Of a stretch of DNA of 64,000 nt, positions 23,380 through 34,960 are shown in pieces. The stretch is from Haliotis cracherodii (taxonomy: Eukaryota). Location of the stretch: the NCBI RefSeq assembly GCF_022045235.1, contig NW_027266286.1:68696001-68760000 (forward strand), in the 5' to 3' direction. Positions within the stretch are counted from its first letter, which is position 1; every line of letters begins with the position of its first letter. Both the position numbers and the translations under genes were made by a program. The notes under the pieces are model-generated. The model was not told the DNA's origin. It worked only from the letters and a program-made list of their open reading frames with translations, and did not search any database.

Positions 23380-23650
23380 GTTGGTTGGTTGGTTTGTTGT
23401 TTAACGCCGCACTCAGCAATATTCCAGCTATATGACGGCGGTCTGTAATTTAATCGAGTCTGGACCAGACAATCCAGTAATTGACAACATGAGCATCGAT
23501 CCACGCAATTGGGATCGATGACATGCATCAACCAAGTCAGAGAGCCTGACCACCCGATCCCGTTAGTCGCCCTTTACGACAAGCAGAGTCACCTTTTACG
23601 GCAAGCATGGGATGCTGAAGACCTATTCCAACCCGGAATCTTCACGGGTC
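23380..23650 (-). mobile_element. Retroposon family B, full length
   Basis: Reverse complement of the entire consensus including the gacccgtgaag start. Confidence 0.92.
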
Positions 23651-23710
23651 CCCATATACAAAAGACCGCTGTGACATGACTAACCCTTTTTCTTTTCGCT
23701 TTATAAGGAA

Positions 23711-23965
23711 GTGGTAGAGCGTCCGCCCGGAAAGCGGCAGGTCAGGGGTTCGAACCCCGGCAGCGTCATACCAAAATACGTTAAGAGATGGTACTTGTTG
23801 TTACTCTGTCTGGCGCTCGGCATTAAGAGACCAGAGCTGGTCGGTCCGGAGTCAGTATACTGTGTCTGAGAGGGGTATTACTGTTAAACTGCGACATGGT
23901 ATCTCAGTGGGCTAGCACTATAAAATCGGCATTTGTCCGGACTATTACAAGCAGCCACACATACA
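23711..23965 (+). mobile_element. SINE family D
   Basis: ggggttcgaaccccggcagcgtcataccaaaatacgttaagagatggtac...tggcgctcggcattaag. Confidence 0.88.
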
Positions 23966-24417
23966 TACTTTTCACAAGTGTTGAGAGAAAAATAGGTATA
24001 CTAGCTAGGTCACGACAAGATGGTTGTATGTCACGCGGGGGCACGCCCTTCTTTGTGGGGGAAATTATGTCTTCCAGAACAGGAACAGCTAGAGTGCTGA
24101 CTGCATCAACGACATTTCTTACTCTGAATAAACATGTAGAAAATACCCAGACTAAAAACACTCTCGGGAAATGACGCAATGCCTGAAATAAGTAATACCT
24201 CATGCATCTGTTGATGCCATACTGATGTACATTAAGAAAGACCTCCCAGTCGTTCAGTCTTCGCCAACTATGTACGAGTCAACATCGTCCAACGAATTTC
24301 TTCTAAGACATCTGAAGACAAATACTTGAAACTGATCATCAACTTGCTCATTATGTATTTTCAAGAAAACTTACAATTGTTGATTTATATGATTTACAGT
24401 GCATTGTATACTCCACC

Positions 24418-24601
24418 ACGACTAACGTTTAGTCTATGAAATCTTATATTTCAATACTCCTTTGCCTCTAAAATTAAACAAATGCTTTTCCTGATGCTAT
24501 AGAGTAGAGCTTTACTGCTGGCTAGACTTTCTTTTGTATACACATCTAGATTATCTTTTTTTCATAAAATAAATATATTCGACTGGCATGTTGCAAGACT
24601 A
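24418..24601 (+). mobile_element. AcademH-like non-autonomous element, subfamily E2
   Basis: Perfect 9-bp TSD tactccacc (24409-24417 / 24602-24610); ends agacta; homologous to 12376-12565. Confidence 0.78.
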
Positions 24602-25519
24602 TACTCCACCTTAAATAAACCGATGCAGAGTTTCAACAACAACATATTGGCCCGACTAAAACATTAATTAAATAACGAAAACCTATCCAAAGTTTTAACA
24701 CATAAAAGAAGTCAGAAAGAAGTTTTTAGCCATTCTTAATCCTTCTGCCTGACACCAATACCAACATTTCACTATTCAATGTTTTAATGACCTCCCAAGG
24801 GACTGTAAAATAGCTAGTCGCCTACCTCATAAACAAAGCCCCCTATATCATTTTGCTCAGGTCGCTTACGCCAATGCTAAAGCCCCATACAACAATGTCG
24901 GTCATTTGACGCGTTGTCCCAGCCACGCGTAACGCCAGCGTTGTGGGAGACAAGTATGTAAATTTACGACATCGCATTCGATGTTGCTATGTTATCTAAG
25001 TTAATAATGCTCAATTGTTACGGAAATACATGTAATAAAATACGAATTGGCAATAAAACACCGTTCCTCTCAGCAGTGGGTTTCACCTTACGGTAAAAGC
25101 ATCTCTGTATCAACTTTGATGAGATCTGTTGTGTCAGCAACTGTTGAGTGTACCATGTTTATCGCTCTTCAACGTCTCCTGGTATTTATGACGTCTTTGT
25201 GTGAAACTCGACAAAGTTGGCCTTGTGGTCGAGAAGATGGAATTTATGCTGTGAACGATATTGGGTTTTCACAGATGTTCTCGATCTTTGGTTGTAGCAA
25301 TCATTTGTGATTGGCTTCAGACAACGGCAATACGTTTGAGAGAGACGGTAAGATTGTTTATTTGCGTCACCTCGTACATAAATAAACAAAGGATAAAATA
25401 TTTCATAGGCTTTTTAAAGACTTCAAATGCATCAAATTCAAACAAAGTGAAATATGCGGTTAGTTTATTTTTTACACGCATTTAAACGGTTGTGCGGTTA
25501 ATACACTCGCACTACCAAC

Positions 25520-26370
25520 AATACACATATACATATACATGATATGTACACGTCATACATATGTTTCATATACACATGTCACACATACAGTTCATACATA
25601 TAAATCATGTACACATACATTTACATAACATACACACGTCATACATATATATCATATATACACTTCATACATATATATCATATATACGCTTCATACATAA
25701 ATATCATATATACACTTCATACATATATATCATATACACGTCATACATATATATCATATACACACTTCATACATATATATCATATACACGTCATACATAA
25801 ATATCATATATACACTTCATTCATATATATCATATAAACACTTCATACATATATATCATACATACACTTCATACATATATATCAAATATACGCTTCATAC
25901 ATTTATATCATATAAACACGGCATACATATATATCATATATACACTTCATACATATATATCAAATATACACTTCATACATATGTATCATGTAAACACTTC
26001 ACACATATATATCATATACACACTTCATACATATATATCATATACACGTCATATATATATATCATATAAACACGGCACACATATATATCATATATACACT
26101 TCATACATATATATCATATAAACACGGCATACATATATATCAAATATACACTTCATACATATATATCATATAAACACGGCATACATATATATCATATATA
26201 CACTTCATACATATATATCAAATATACACTTCATACATATATATCATATAAACACTTCACACATATATATCATATACACACTTCATACATATATATCATA
26301 TAAACACTTCACACATATATATCATATACACACTTCACACATATATATCATATACACACTTCATACATAT
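25520..26370. repeat. AT-rich 21-23-bp minisatellite (cacttcatacatatatatcatata-like)
   Basis: Direct reading. Confidence 0.95.
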
Positions 26371-26394
26371 ACTGCATGTATGCATGGCATGAAC

Positions 26395-26810
26395 ACATGT
26401 CATACATACAGTTCATACCTACATGTCATACATGGGGGTCGTAATACAGTTCATACATACAGTTCATACCTACATGTCATACATGGGGGTCGTAATACAG
26501 TTCATACATACAGTTCATACATACATGTCATACATGGGGGTCGTAATACAGTTCATACATACAGTTCATACATACATGTCATACATGGGGGTCGTAATAC
26601 AGTTCATACATACAGTTCATACATACAGGTCATACATGGGGGTCATAATACAGTTCATACATACAGTTCATACATACAGTTCATACATACATGTCATACA
26701 TGGGGGTCGTAATACAGTTCATACATACAGTTCATACATACAGTTCATACTTACATGTCATGCATACAGTTCATACTTACACGTCATGCATACAGTTCAT
26801 ACATACAAAC
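26395..26810. repeat. 51-bp minisatellite built on 13-bp catacatacagtt subunits
   Basis: catggggg anchors at 26431, 26482, 26533, 26584, 26635, 26699. Confidence 0.95.
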
Positions 26811-29223
26811 AATACACACAAGTCTTACATACGGTTCGTACAAACAAGTCATGATTACATTTCATATTTTACATACAGGTCATACATTGCCATACACTTA
26901 CATGTCTTCATCCTCGCGTCATCATACCCGTCATCAACAGATACTCATCGAACTTGTCATCTGCGTTGTGTGGAACAAATGAAAATCGGGAGCGTGGAGA
27001 GTGAAGCCCACTGAATGTATTGAACAAGACCTCAAGTCGGTCTCAAGTTGCAGTCATTTTTTCTTCGCAACATCTGAATAAATATTAAGATTAAATTATT
27101 TACCCGACTTTTTTTACAGGGGATCTAATTATTTTGTTCCGAAATGTAATGCCAGGTTCCTTGTGTAGCATTTAGGGCAATTATTAATCAGAACATTTAA
27201 AAACCTTAACTAAAAAACTGATTTTTTAAAATAAAGACTTTTAGTGTTAAACAACACGCAGATGCGTATCACGTCATCATCGTCAGTCAACTTCCTTTCA
27301 CGCCCAATAACCAACTTGTGACCGAAAGCTTGGGGACAAAGAGGCACGCGACTTCCTAACACAGTGACTGTTTTGTCGAAGTTACCCATGGTGATTCAGC
27401 CAATCTTTCAACAAGATCAAATTCAAAATATTATTCGCCCACGGCGTGCATTAAGTAAATGTATCTGGCCAACAGCTGCATCGACTTGAAAACCATGTAT
27501 ACATGTTTCTGTAAACATATGTATACGGTCTGTAGGGACTAGGAAGAGAAGTGGTATCCGCTGATAAACTGACAACATCGTATTTAGTGAGAAATATGAA
27601 ACTTAAAAAACGACATATTCTTCATTTGGGCAGTCAAGGCGAGGGTCAAGGTCGGATGGTGCCGGTGGGGGGTTAAGTGGAACTTTGAATAGCATTTCGG
27701 TCACATAACAGAAGTCTGCTTCGTGTGGGAGAGGTGATGTAGGTCTTTGACGTTAACCACTAAGCCTTTGGTCTAACCTTCAAGCACGGCCATGGTGCTG
27801 CCAAACCAAAAATGGTACTGTCACGATATGGCTGAAATATTGCCCATGTGACGTTAAATAATACCTCACTCACTCACTAACATAATCAGGGCTAATGTTG
27901 GATTTTAACCGGCGTTTGTTGGATTCATGCACTCCGTAGGTCCCAGCAAAACTAACTCAATTACTTTTTTCTTCTCAGCGACGATAATAACTTAGATTTA
28001 GTTAGTCATGGCCACCTTGGCATGATATAAAGACTAGTGATCGAAGCGCTGCTTGACCACGATTCCCCACACAATCAATGAAGCCTATTATATATCTTAC
28101 TGTCCACCTCTTTGATGTGGATAGAACTTTGCTAGCAATAAACTCACAGACATACCCAGTCTCTCACACGCTAACCATCCAACCATCCCAATGAAATAAC
28201 TTTAATCAGGCATTCACGGAGACAGCCCCCGCTAGCATATATACCACTTCAAAGAATTTCGCTCTATATTTCAAAGATTGTTCAGACAATACGAAGTGGA
28301 AGTGATCCTATTGTTAACGTTTTACCGTTATATAGCAGTCACCAGATGTTGTCAAATATTCATTAAGACCAACATACTGAATATCAAGTAATATGTGTAC
28401 AATTTCACCCTTTCTTTGAAAGTCTATGGTCTTATCCCATAATGACCCTTCCCCTTTGACCCTGAACAATACCAATGGAAATACAGGTGGTCTAATGCTG
28501 TAGAGACTCTCGTTGACTTCTCGCACCTTGCGTTAATTCGCGATAATTTGGGCGCGCATGGCCGCTCCTCACAATAGGCTAATGACGGCGGAGACATCAA
28601 CCAGCATTATTTACAGTGATTAGTTATGTATTAGCACGTCCTGTTAGTCGACATGGTTACGTTTTGGTGGAGCTAATTGCCGTTTAATGAAACCATTAGC
28701 CATGCGTAAAGTAGGATGGAATAGTTTATCTTTGATTTCAAAAGACAAGTGCTCGCTTGTGGCCTCATAACTTAGTCAGGACGGTCTTGTTCATTTTGTT
28801 CCATTTTGTTCCTGTTTGGTTCCTGCATGTTCATATATGCGTTTTGTAATGTATTCGGTGACTTGTTTTCATAGCCTATTTTCCCTTTACGAAAATCACT
28901 CTTCACGCAAAGATTTTCTAATAGTAACGCCCCACCATTCTGACGTCATTAATACCGTTGGCACTTTCATTCGTTTACCGCTCGTTCGTTGATAGGGATA
29001 CTTTACCGTTAATTTAGTCATGCAACCAGTACCTATTGTATCAGTTGATCTGCATATTAGTAACATCTATATACAAACATGTCTCCATTGATATTATTTC
29101 TGTTGATCTTGCCAGAATACGTTCCTAACAACAATAATCAAGTTTTCACTTGAATAAAACGTAGTCTTTTATCCCCAACACCAGTCGTCGATTCGCTACC
29201 AGGATCCGATAATCCTTGAATTC

Positions 29224-29380
29224 GAGTGAGTGAGGTGGGTTTTACGCCGCTCTCAGCAATACTCCAGCTATATCACGGCGGTGGACACCAGAAAAGGGCT
29301 TCACATATTGTACCCAGGAAGGGAATCGAACCCGGGCCTTCGGCGTGACGAGCGAACGCTTTAACTACTAGGCTACCCAA
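29224..29380 (-). mobile_element. SINE family A
   Basis: Reverse complement of the family A consensus. Confidence 0.9.
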
Positions 29381-29476
29381 CTCTCTTAGCAATCAGTTCC
29401 ACATCCGTACGGTTGTTTACAAACTACGTTACATTATAGACCTGCATCACATCAGGTGACTTTCACATGAAGCTGA

Positions 29477-29746
29477 CACCCGTGAAGATCCGGAATAGAA
29501 TTGGTCTTCAGCAACCCATGCTTGCCGTGAAAGGGGACTATGCTTGTCGTAAGAGGCATCTCACGGAATAAGGTGGTCAGGCACGCTGACGTGGTTGATG
29601 CATGTCATCATATCCCAATTGCGTGGATCGATGCTAATGACGTCAATCACTGGATTGTCTGGTCCAAACTCGATTATGAACAGATCGCCGTCGTGTAGCT
29701 GCAATATTGCCGAGTGCGGCGTTAAACAACTAACAAGCAAACAAAC
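29477..29746 (+). mobile_element. Retroposon family B, full length
   Basis: Family consensus from acccgtgaagatccgg to the aaac tail. Confidence 0.9.
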
Positions 29747-29761
29747 TGAAGTAACTGAAAT

Positions 29762-29793
29762 CAGAGACCATATAATCTATTATATGGTCTCTG
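29762..29793. mobile_element. 32-bp palindrome with perfect 7-bp TSD (P-element-type footprint)
   Basis: cagagaccatataat-ct-attatatggtctctg flanked by ctgaaat on both sides. Confidence 0.75.
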
Positions 29794-30825
29794 CTGAAAT
29801 ACGTATCAAAGCTACGTCAGCCGAAAGTCCCTCACTCACTCACAGACACCTTTTAGTACACACTTGCAGTTGTTCTATAGTAAAACGCCACCCCATTAAT
29901 TATGATATCCATGCACCTGCGCAGGTTTTCACAAAAAGGTTTAACCTATTTCACTAACAACCAGGAAGGACACAGATATACGACATTTAACAGCGACAAA
30001 CATCGTCAACTTTATCCCGCTGCAGCCGTCAAATACATCGCCTGAGGATCCCCCACTTAGATGTAGATAACTCACAAAGGGATGCTCGTTCTGTAGGTTC
30101 AGCACGTATTCACAGCAGCTGGTGGCTTACCTACAAATACAGAAGTCACTAGATGTTACAACCACACCATGAAACCTTCTCAATCAGCTACCGGCAACAT
30201 TTCTCGCCTGAAGCATGATGGCTGGTGACAAGTTGGTCTATCAAATGTAATTATCCCACACAAATTGTTCACAGGTGGCGTAGCAATTTTCGAATCATAC
30301 GCGGTAGTCTACTTTGAGTAAATCGCTTTACTATATCGTACCTGTTGACCGTTGTGTGATGTATGGGCGTCAGTCACGCGGACATTTAGTGTTAAATCAT
30401 ATGTTGATGCTAGGGCGACAGATTCTGTCTTGCGATTTACATGACAAGACACGACAAGAATTTATCACAATTTTATATGCGAAAAGTTCGTGGACAGATT
30501 TCTCTTCATACTAAACATTCGGTGGAATTGTTCAAATTATTATATTTGATATTTGATGCTTGTTTTTGAATAACGGTCAGACTAATGGTAGTGTTTCATG
30601 ATCCGGAAGTTCAGGACAAAGGAAGGTATGTGGACGGTTGGATAATAATAATTCACAGTTCTAATGAAACTAATCATGTAACGGTTAATACTTCTGGATA
30701 ATAAAATCACTCACTCACTCACTCACTCACTCACACTCCTCCACTGAAGCAGTTTCTACACTGGGGATACAGACAGTGTGTTCACCAGGGAGCGTTACTG
30801 TCTCCTTCATCATTTACACATTCAG

Positions 30826-30984
30826 CGGACTTCAAAGCCCCGGGTGTGATAGAGTGGTACAAGGCAAACTGTTAAAACTGTCACCTCTCTGCAACGTAAA
30901 TAAGAGATTTCAGAGGATTAGACAGAAGCTGAAGCAACACCTTCAGTTGAAACACAAAGAGGATTTAAACACTTTAAACAAACA
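30826..30984 (+). CDS. Candidate exon, 159 nt, product unknown
   Basis: Pyrimidine-rich acceptor ...tttacacattcag|; donor |gtatgt; open phase 2-2 frame GLQSPGCDRVVQGKLLKLSPLCNVNKRFQRIRQKLKQHLQLKHKEDLNTLNK. No recognised homology. Confidence 0.3.
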
Positions 30985-31232
30985 GTATGTAAACGTATGC
31001 TGTGACTTCTCACCTACTCTTTCAAGTCTTGATGCTGGTGTATATTGCAGGTATTTAGAGGTGTTATTCATGTTCCTTTAGAGATTGGAAAACTACAATA
31101 TAATTTTCTGAATGATTTCCAAAACGTGACCGGTGTGTACTTATATTGATACCATCTGGTTTAACGAACCACGTCCATCTGGCCTTTATTCTGGAACTTG
31201 TGAAAGTGAAACATAGGTTGCTCGCTGCGTTG

Positions 31233-31410
31233 TAGACTAACATATAGTCTCTGAAATGAACACATCATACAGAAAATAAAAATCTAATAAAAAGGGAGCC
31301 CAGTGATTCTCTTCATTTTCAGATACTACAGTAATCTAGACTTGCCAAACATTATAGACTTGCATGGGCTGTATTTGATATAAATGTATCAGGGTCTGTA
31401 AGACAGACTA
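31233..31410 (+). mobile_element. AcademH-like non-autonomous element, subfamily E1
   Basis: tagactaacatatagtctctg...cagacta; perfect 9-bp TSD gctgcgttg. Confidence 0.82.
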
Positions 31411-31650
31411 GCTGCGTTGAAACTTAGTTTAGGTTTTGTTCTACAATTGCCATGATGAGTGTATCGTATTTGACGTTATAAGATATATAATACAATAAGG
31501 TACATATAGGTTGTACTACTCTTGTATGGTACAATTGTTTCTTCAACATATACTCTATAAAGACAACGGCATTAGTATGTTGACAGGCCTATACTGACTA
31601 TACTAAACACAAACTGATTACACACATTTCAGTATTTCACGGTTTAAAAA

Positions 31651-31857
31651 ACCTGCCGAGTAAAAGAATGTATACACCATGTTTGACGGTAGCTATAAAT
31701 GAAAGAGACAAGAAATGGTTACTCGATGGCGACGTATTTGATACGGTTATGTGTCTTTCCTCTGAAGATTGCAATCTTTCAGCCGTTTTGATAACGTTTG
31801 TGGAACGTGTTGGTCGAATCCAAATTTCAAGTGTATACTTACTTTTGCCCGGCAGTG
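31651..31857 (+). mobile_element. Tc1/mariner-type MITE (family M1)
   Basis: TIRs ctgccgagtaaaagaatgtatacac / gtgtatacttacttttgcccggcagtg followed by TA. Confidence 0.75.
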
Positions 31858-32823
31858 TAGAACATATCGGCGTAATATTAGAGGAAGGCGTATTTCTGTT
31901 GTCATTACACTCACTGATACCCCTTAAACCGTATTGCTACCAATAAAATCATCCGGATATAAAATGGGTACAGACTAACGAGATTTCGCTGTATCATATA
32001 TTGCATTGTTTGCCCCGCGTGTATTCCTGGGCATAAATTGTCACCATTTATACTTGTTGTAAGAGTCGACAATAATGAGGATCGGTTGGTGTGTGACCTG
32101 GACCCACTTGCACAAAGCGATTGTAGCGCCAGGACCCATGTTAATTACGTCCATGGGATATGCGATAGTAGTAGCACTAAACTCGCTTTGTGTACGTGGA
32201 CCAGTATCGATTTTTACGCGGCATTTAACAACATTCACACGTTTATTTGTGTCTAAACATATGTCAAGTATGCCCATCAAATATTGTCTTCTCGGTCTTA
32301 TAATCATCTTTATTTCAGTGCAAGGGTGTTAGCCACTCCAGAACCCACAGCGAGTCGAACATTCGTTTCATACTCCGAATTACGTAAGTTTATCAAGATC
32401 AAGAGACCACTTACTGACAAAACACAACACACTGCGATCCCAACCTGCGCCTCCCGGGTGGAAAGGATAATCATTAGGTTGACCACAAAAGACCGAGCTT
32501 GACCCCATGTAGTGACCAATGACCTGGACACAATAGGCAAAACTAATCATAGCCTGGACAAAGGAATCTGTAACACTTTGTAAGACAGTGAGTCAACCTT
32601 GGTGTTGATTACGTATGATGAAGCTGGGTATTTTTTTCGGGTCACTTTGAGGTTACAGAAATCTCAGCGTGCTTTCACTAATATTTGATTATCAGCTGAA
32701 GTAGGTGTGACAAATATGTTGCTTGTTTACTTTGATTTGAGTGATCAAAGGAACACTCGTGGAAAACAATATTGGGAAACGATGCTTCCTTCTTGATCTG
32801 AATGAATGACGTTGTTCTGAACT

Positions 32824-33167
32824 GGTGAGGTGAGGTGAAATGGGGTTTAACGTCGCGTCCAAGATTATCGCACTTGCATGCACGTGTGTGTGGCTGCTTG
32901 TACTAGTCCGGACTGATGCCGATTTATAGTGCTAGACCACTGAGATACCATGCCGCAGTTTAACATGAATACCCCACTCAGACACAGTATACTGACTCCG
33001 AGCCGACCAGTCCTTGTTTTAGCCCCTTAATGTCCCTTAATGCCGAGCGCCAGACAGGGTAACAACAAGTGCCATCTATTAACGTCTTTTGGTATGACGC
33101 TGCCGGGGATCGAACCCCGGACCTTCCGCTCTCCGGGCGGATGCTCTACCATTAGACCACGGAGGCG
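32824..33167 (-). mobile_element. SINE family D, full length
   Basis: Reverse complement: cgcctccgtggtctaatggtagagc (A box), ggggttcgatcccc (B box), Meta-like core, gcgacgttaaacccc + (CACCT)n; flanking ttgttctga repeat. Confidence 0.92.
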
Positions 33168-33269
33168 ATCTTGTTCTGATCTATATTCTAGTTGTATCAC
33201 TGAGTGTCATCTTAGTGTTCTCCGAAGGGATTCCCAGCTAGAACAGGTCATCAGCAAACAATGCGGGTC

Positions 33270-33455
33270 AAACGAGGCGACTTGATGGATAACCGGGTGG
33301 TCGGGCGGGGTGACGTGGTTTGTGGCGTGTCCTCGTACCCCGACGGCGCTGATCGTTGTTCACAATATCAATCACTGGATTGTCTGGTTATTTACAGGCC
33401 GCCTTCATATAGCTGGAATATTGATGAGTGCAGCGTTAAACAACAAACAAACAAC
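33270..33455 (+). mobile_element. Retroposon family B, degenerate
   Basis: aatcactggattgtctgg...tagctggaatattgatgagtgcagcgttaaacaacaaac. Confidence 0.75.
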
Positions 33456-34080
33456 TAAGTGTAGGACCAAATTGACACCATTTCGATGACAACCGGGGCA
33501 TTGTGCTGACAAATTTAGCACCAAAATTGGGACGAGTCTGGGGTTCGAACCCCGACCCACGGATGGTGGTCATTAGGGGACACTTTGCACAACACCTTGT
33601 AGCTTCCAGACCACTGGGCCAAGATTTACTCCGAGGCTCGTGGAAAAGTTGCTACTGCTCCTGTTTTCTTATAACTGACCAAAGTGGTCACAAAGAGCGA
33701 TTAGGGGGTTGTTGAAGTTCAACGGCGGCTTTTAGAAATGTCTTGTCATAAAATTGATTGTCAGATTTGCTGAGGATGGTGTAAATAAGTGTAAATCAAG
33801 TTTATTTTCTGCAAACACCATCGTCATGCTTGCCTTAAACAACTTCATATGAATAATAATCTGGGGTCAGGAGTTTAGCTGGGGCGACTCAACCCATGTA
33901 GGATGCCGAAGAAGCAATGTATACCTCATACTAAATTACATGAATTTCGGTCGCAATAATGTTGTTATATGTTTCGGTCATTTCGTCAGCGGTATTCCTA
34001 CAATGATCCATGTGATAAGAGTGTGTTAGCTCTTACATGTGCTGAATATGTGAACGAGAGTGTGTATGTGTCATAACGAG

Positions 34081-34960
34081 TGTGTATAGAGTCAGAACGA
34101 GAGGGTACTGTGTCAGAACGAGAGGGTATAGTGTCAGAACGAGAGGGTATAGTGTCAGAACGAGAGGGTACACTGTCAGAACGAGAGGGTATAGTGTCAG
34201 AACGAGAGGGTACAGTGTCAGAACGAGAGGGTATAGTTTCAGAACGAGAGGGTATAGTGTCAGAACGAGAGGGTATAGTGTCAGAACGATAGGGTATAGT
34301 GTCAGAACGAGAGAGTACAATGTCAGAACGAGAGGGTACAGTGTCAGAACGAGAAGGTATAGTGTCAGAACGAGAGGGTATAGTGTCAGAACGAGAGGGT
34401 ATAGTGTCAGAACGAGAGAGTATAGTGTCAGAACGAGAGGGTACAGTGTTAGAACGAGAGGGTATAGTGTCAGAACTAGAAGTTATAGTGTCAGAACGAG
34501 AGAGTACAATGTCAGAACGAGAGGGTACAATGTCAGAACGAGAGAGTACAATGTCAGAACGAGAGGGTATAGTGTCAGACCTAGAAGGTATAGAGTCAGA
34601 ACGAGAGGGTATAGTGTCAGAACGAGAGGGTATAGTGTCAGAACGAGAGAGTATAGTGTCAGAACGAGAGGGTACAGTGTTAGAACGAGAGGGTATAGTG
34701 TCAGAACTAGAAGTTATAGTGTCAGAACGAGAGAGTACAATGTCAGAACGAGAGGGTACAATGTCAGAACGAGAGAGTACAATGTCAGAACGAGAGGGTA
34801 CAATGTCAGAACGAGAGGGTACAGTGTCAAAACGAGAGAGTACAATGTCAGAACGAGAGGATACAATGTCAGAACGAGTGAGTACAATGTCAGAACGAGA
34901 GGGTACAATGTCAGAACGAGAGGTTATAGTGTCAGAACTAGAAGGTATAGAGTCAGAACG
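34081..34960. repeat. 21-bp minisatellite (gtcagaacgagagggtatagt), about 42 units
   Basis: Exact 21-bp period; the unit lacks stops in several frames, producing the 299-aa and 267-aa ORFs. Confidence 0.97.

Noticed and set aside
25561-27014. His/Tyr/Ile-rich repetitive ORFs
   Set aside because: Translations of the 21-23-bp and 51-bp minisatellites.
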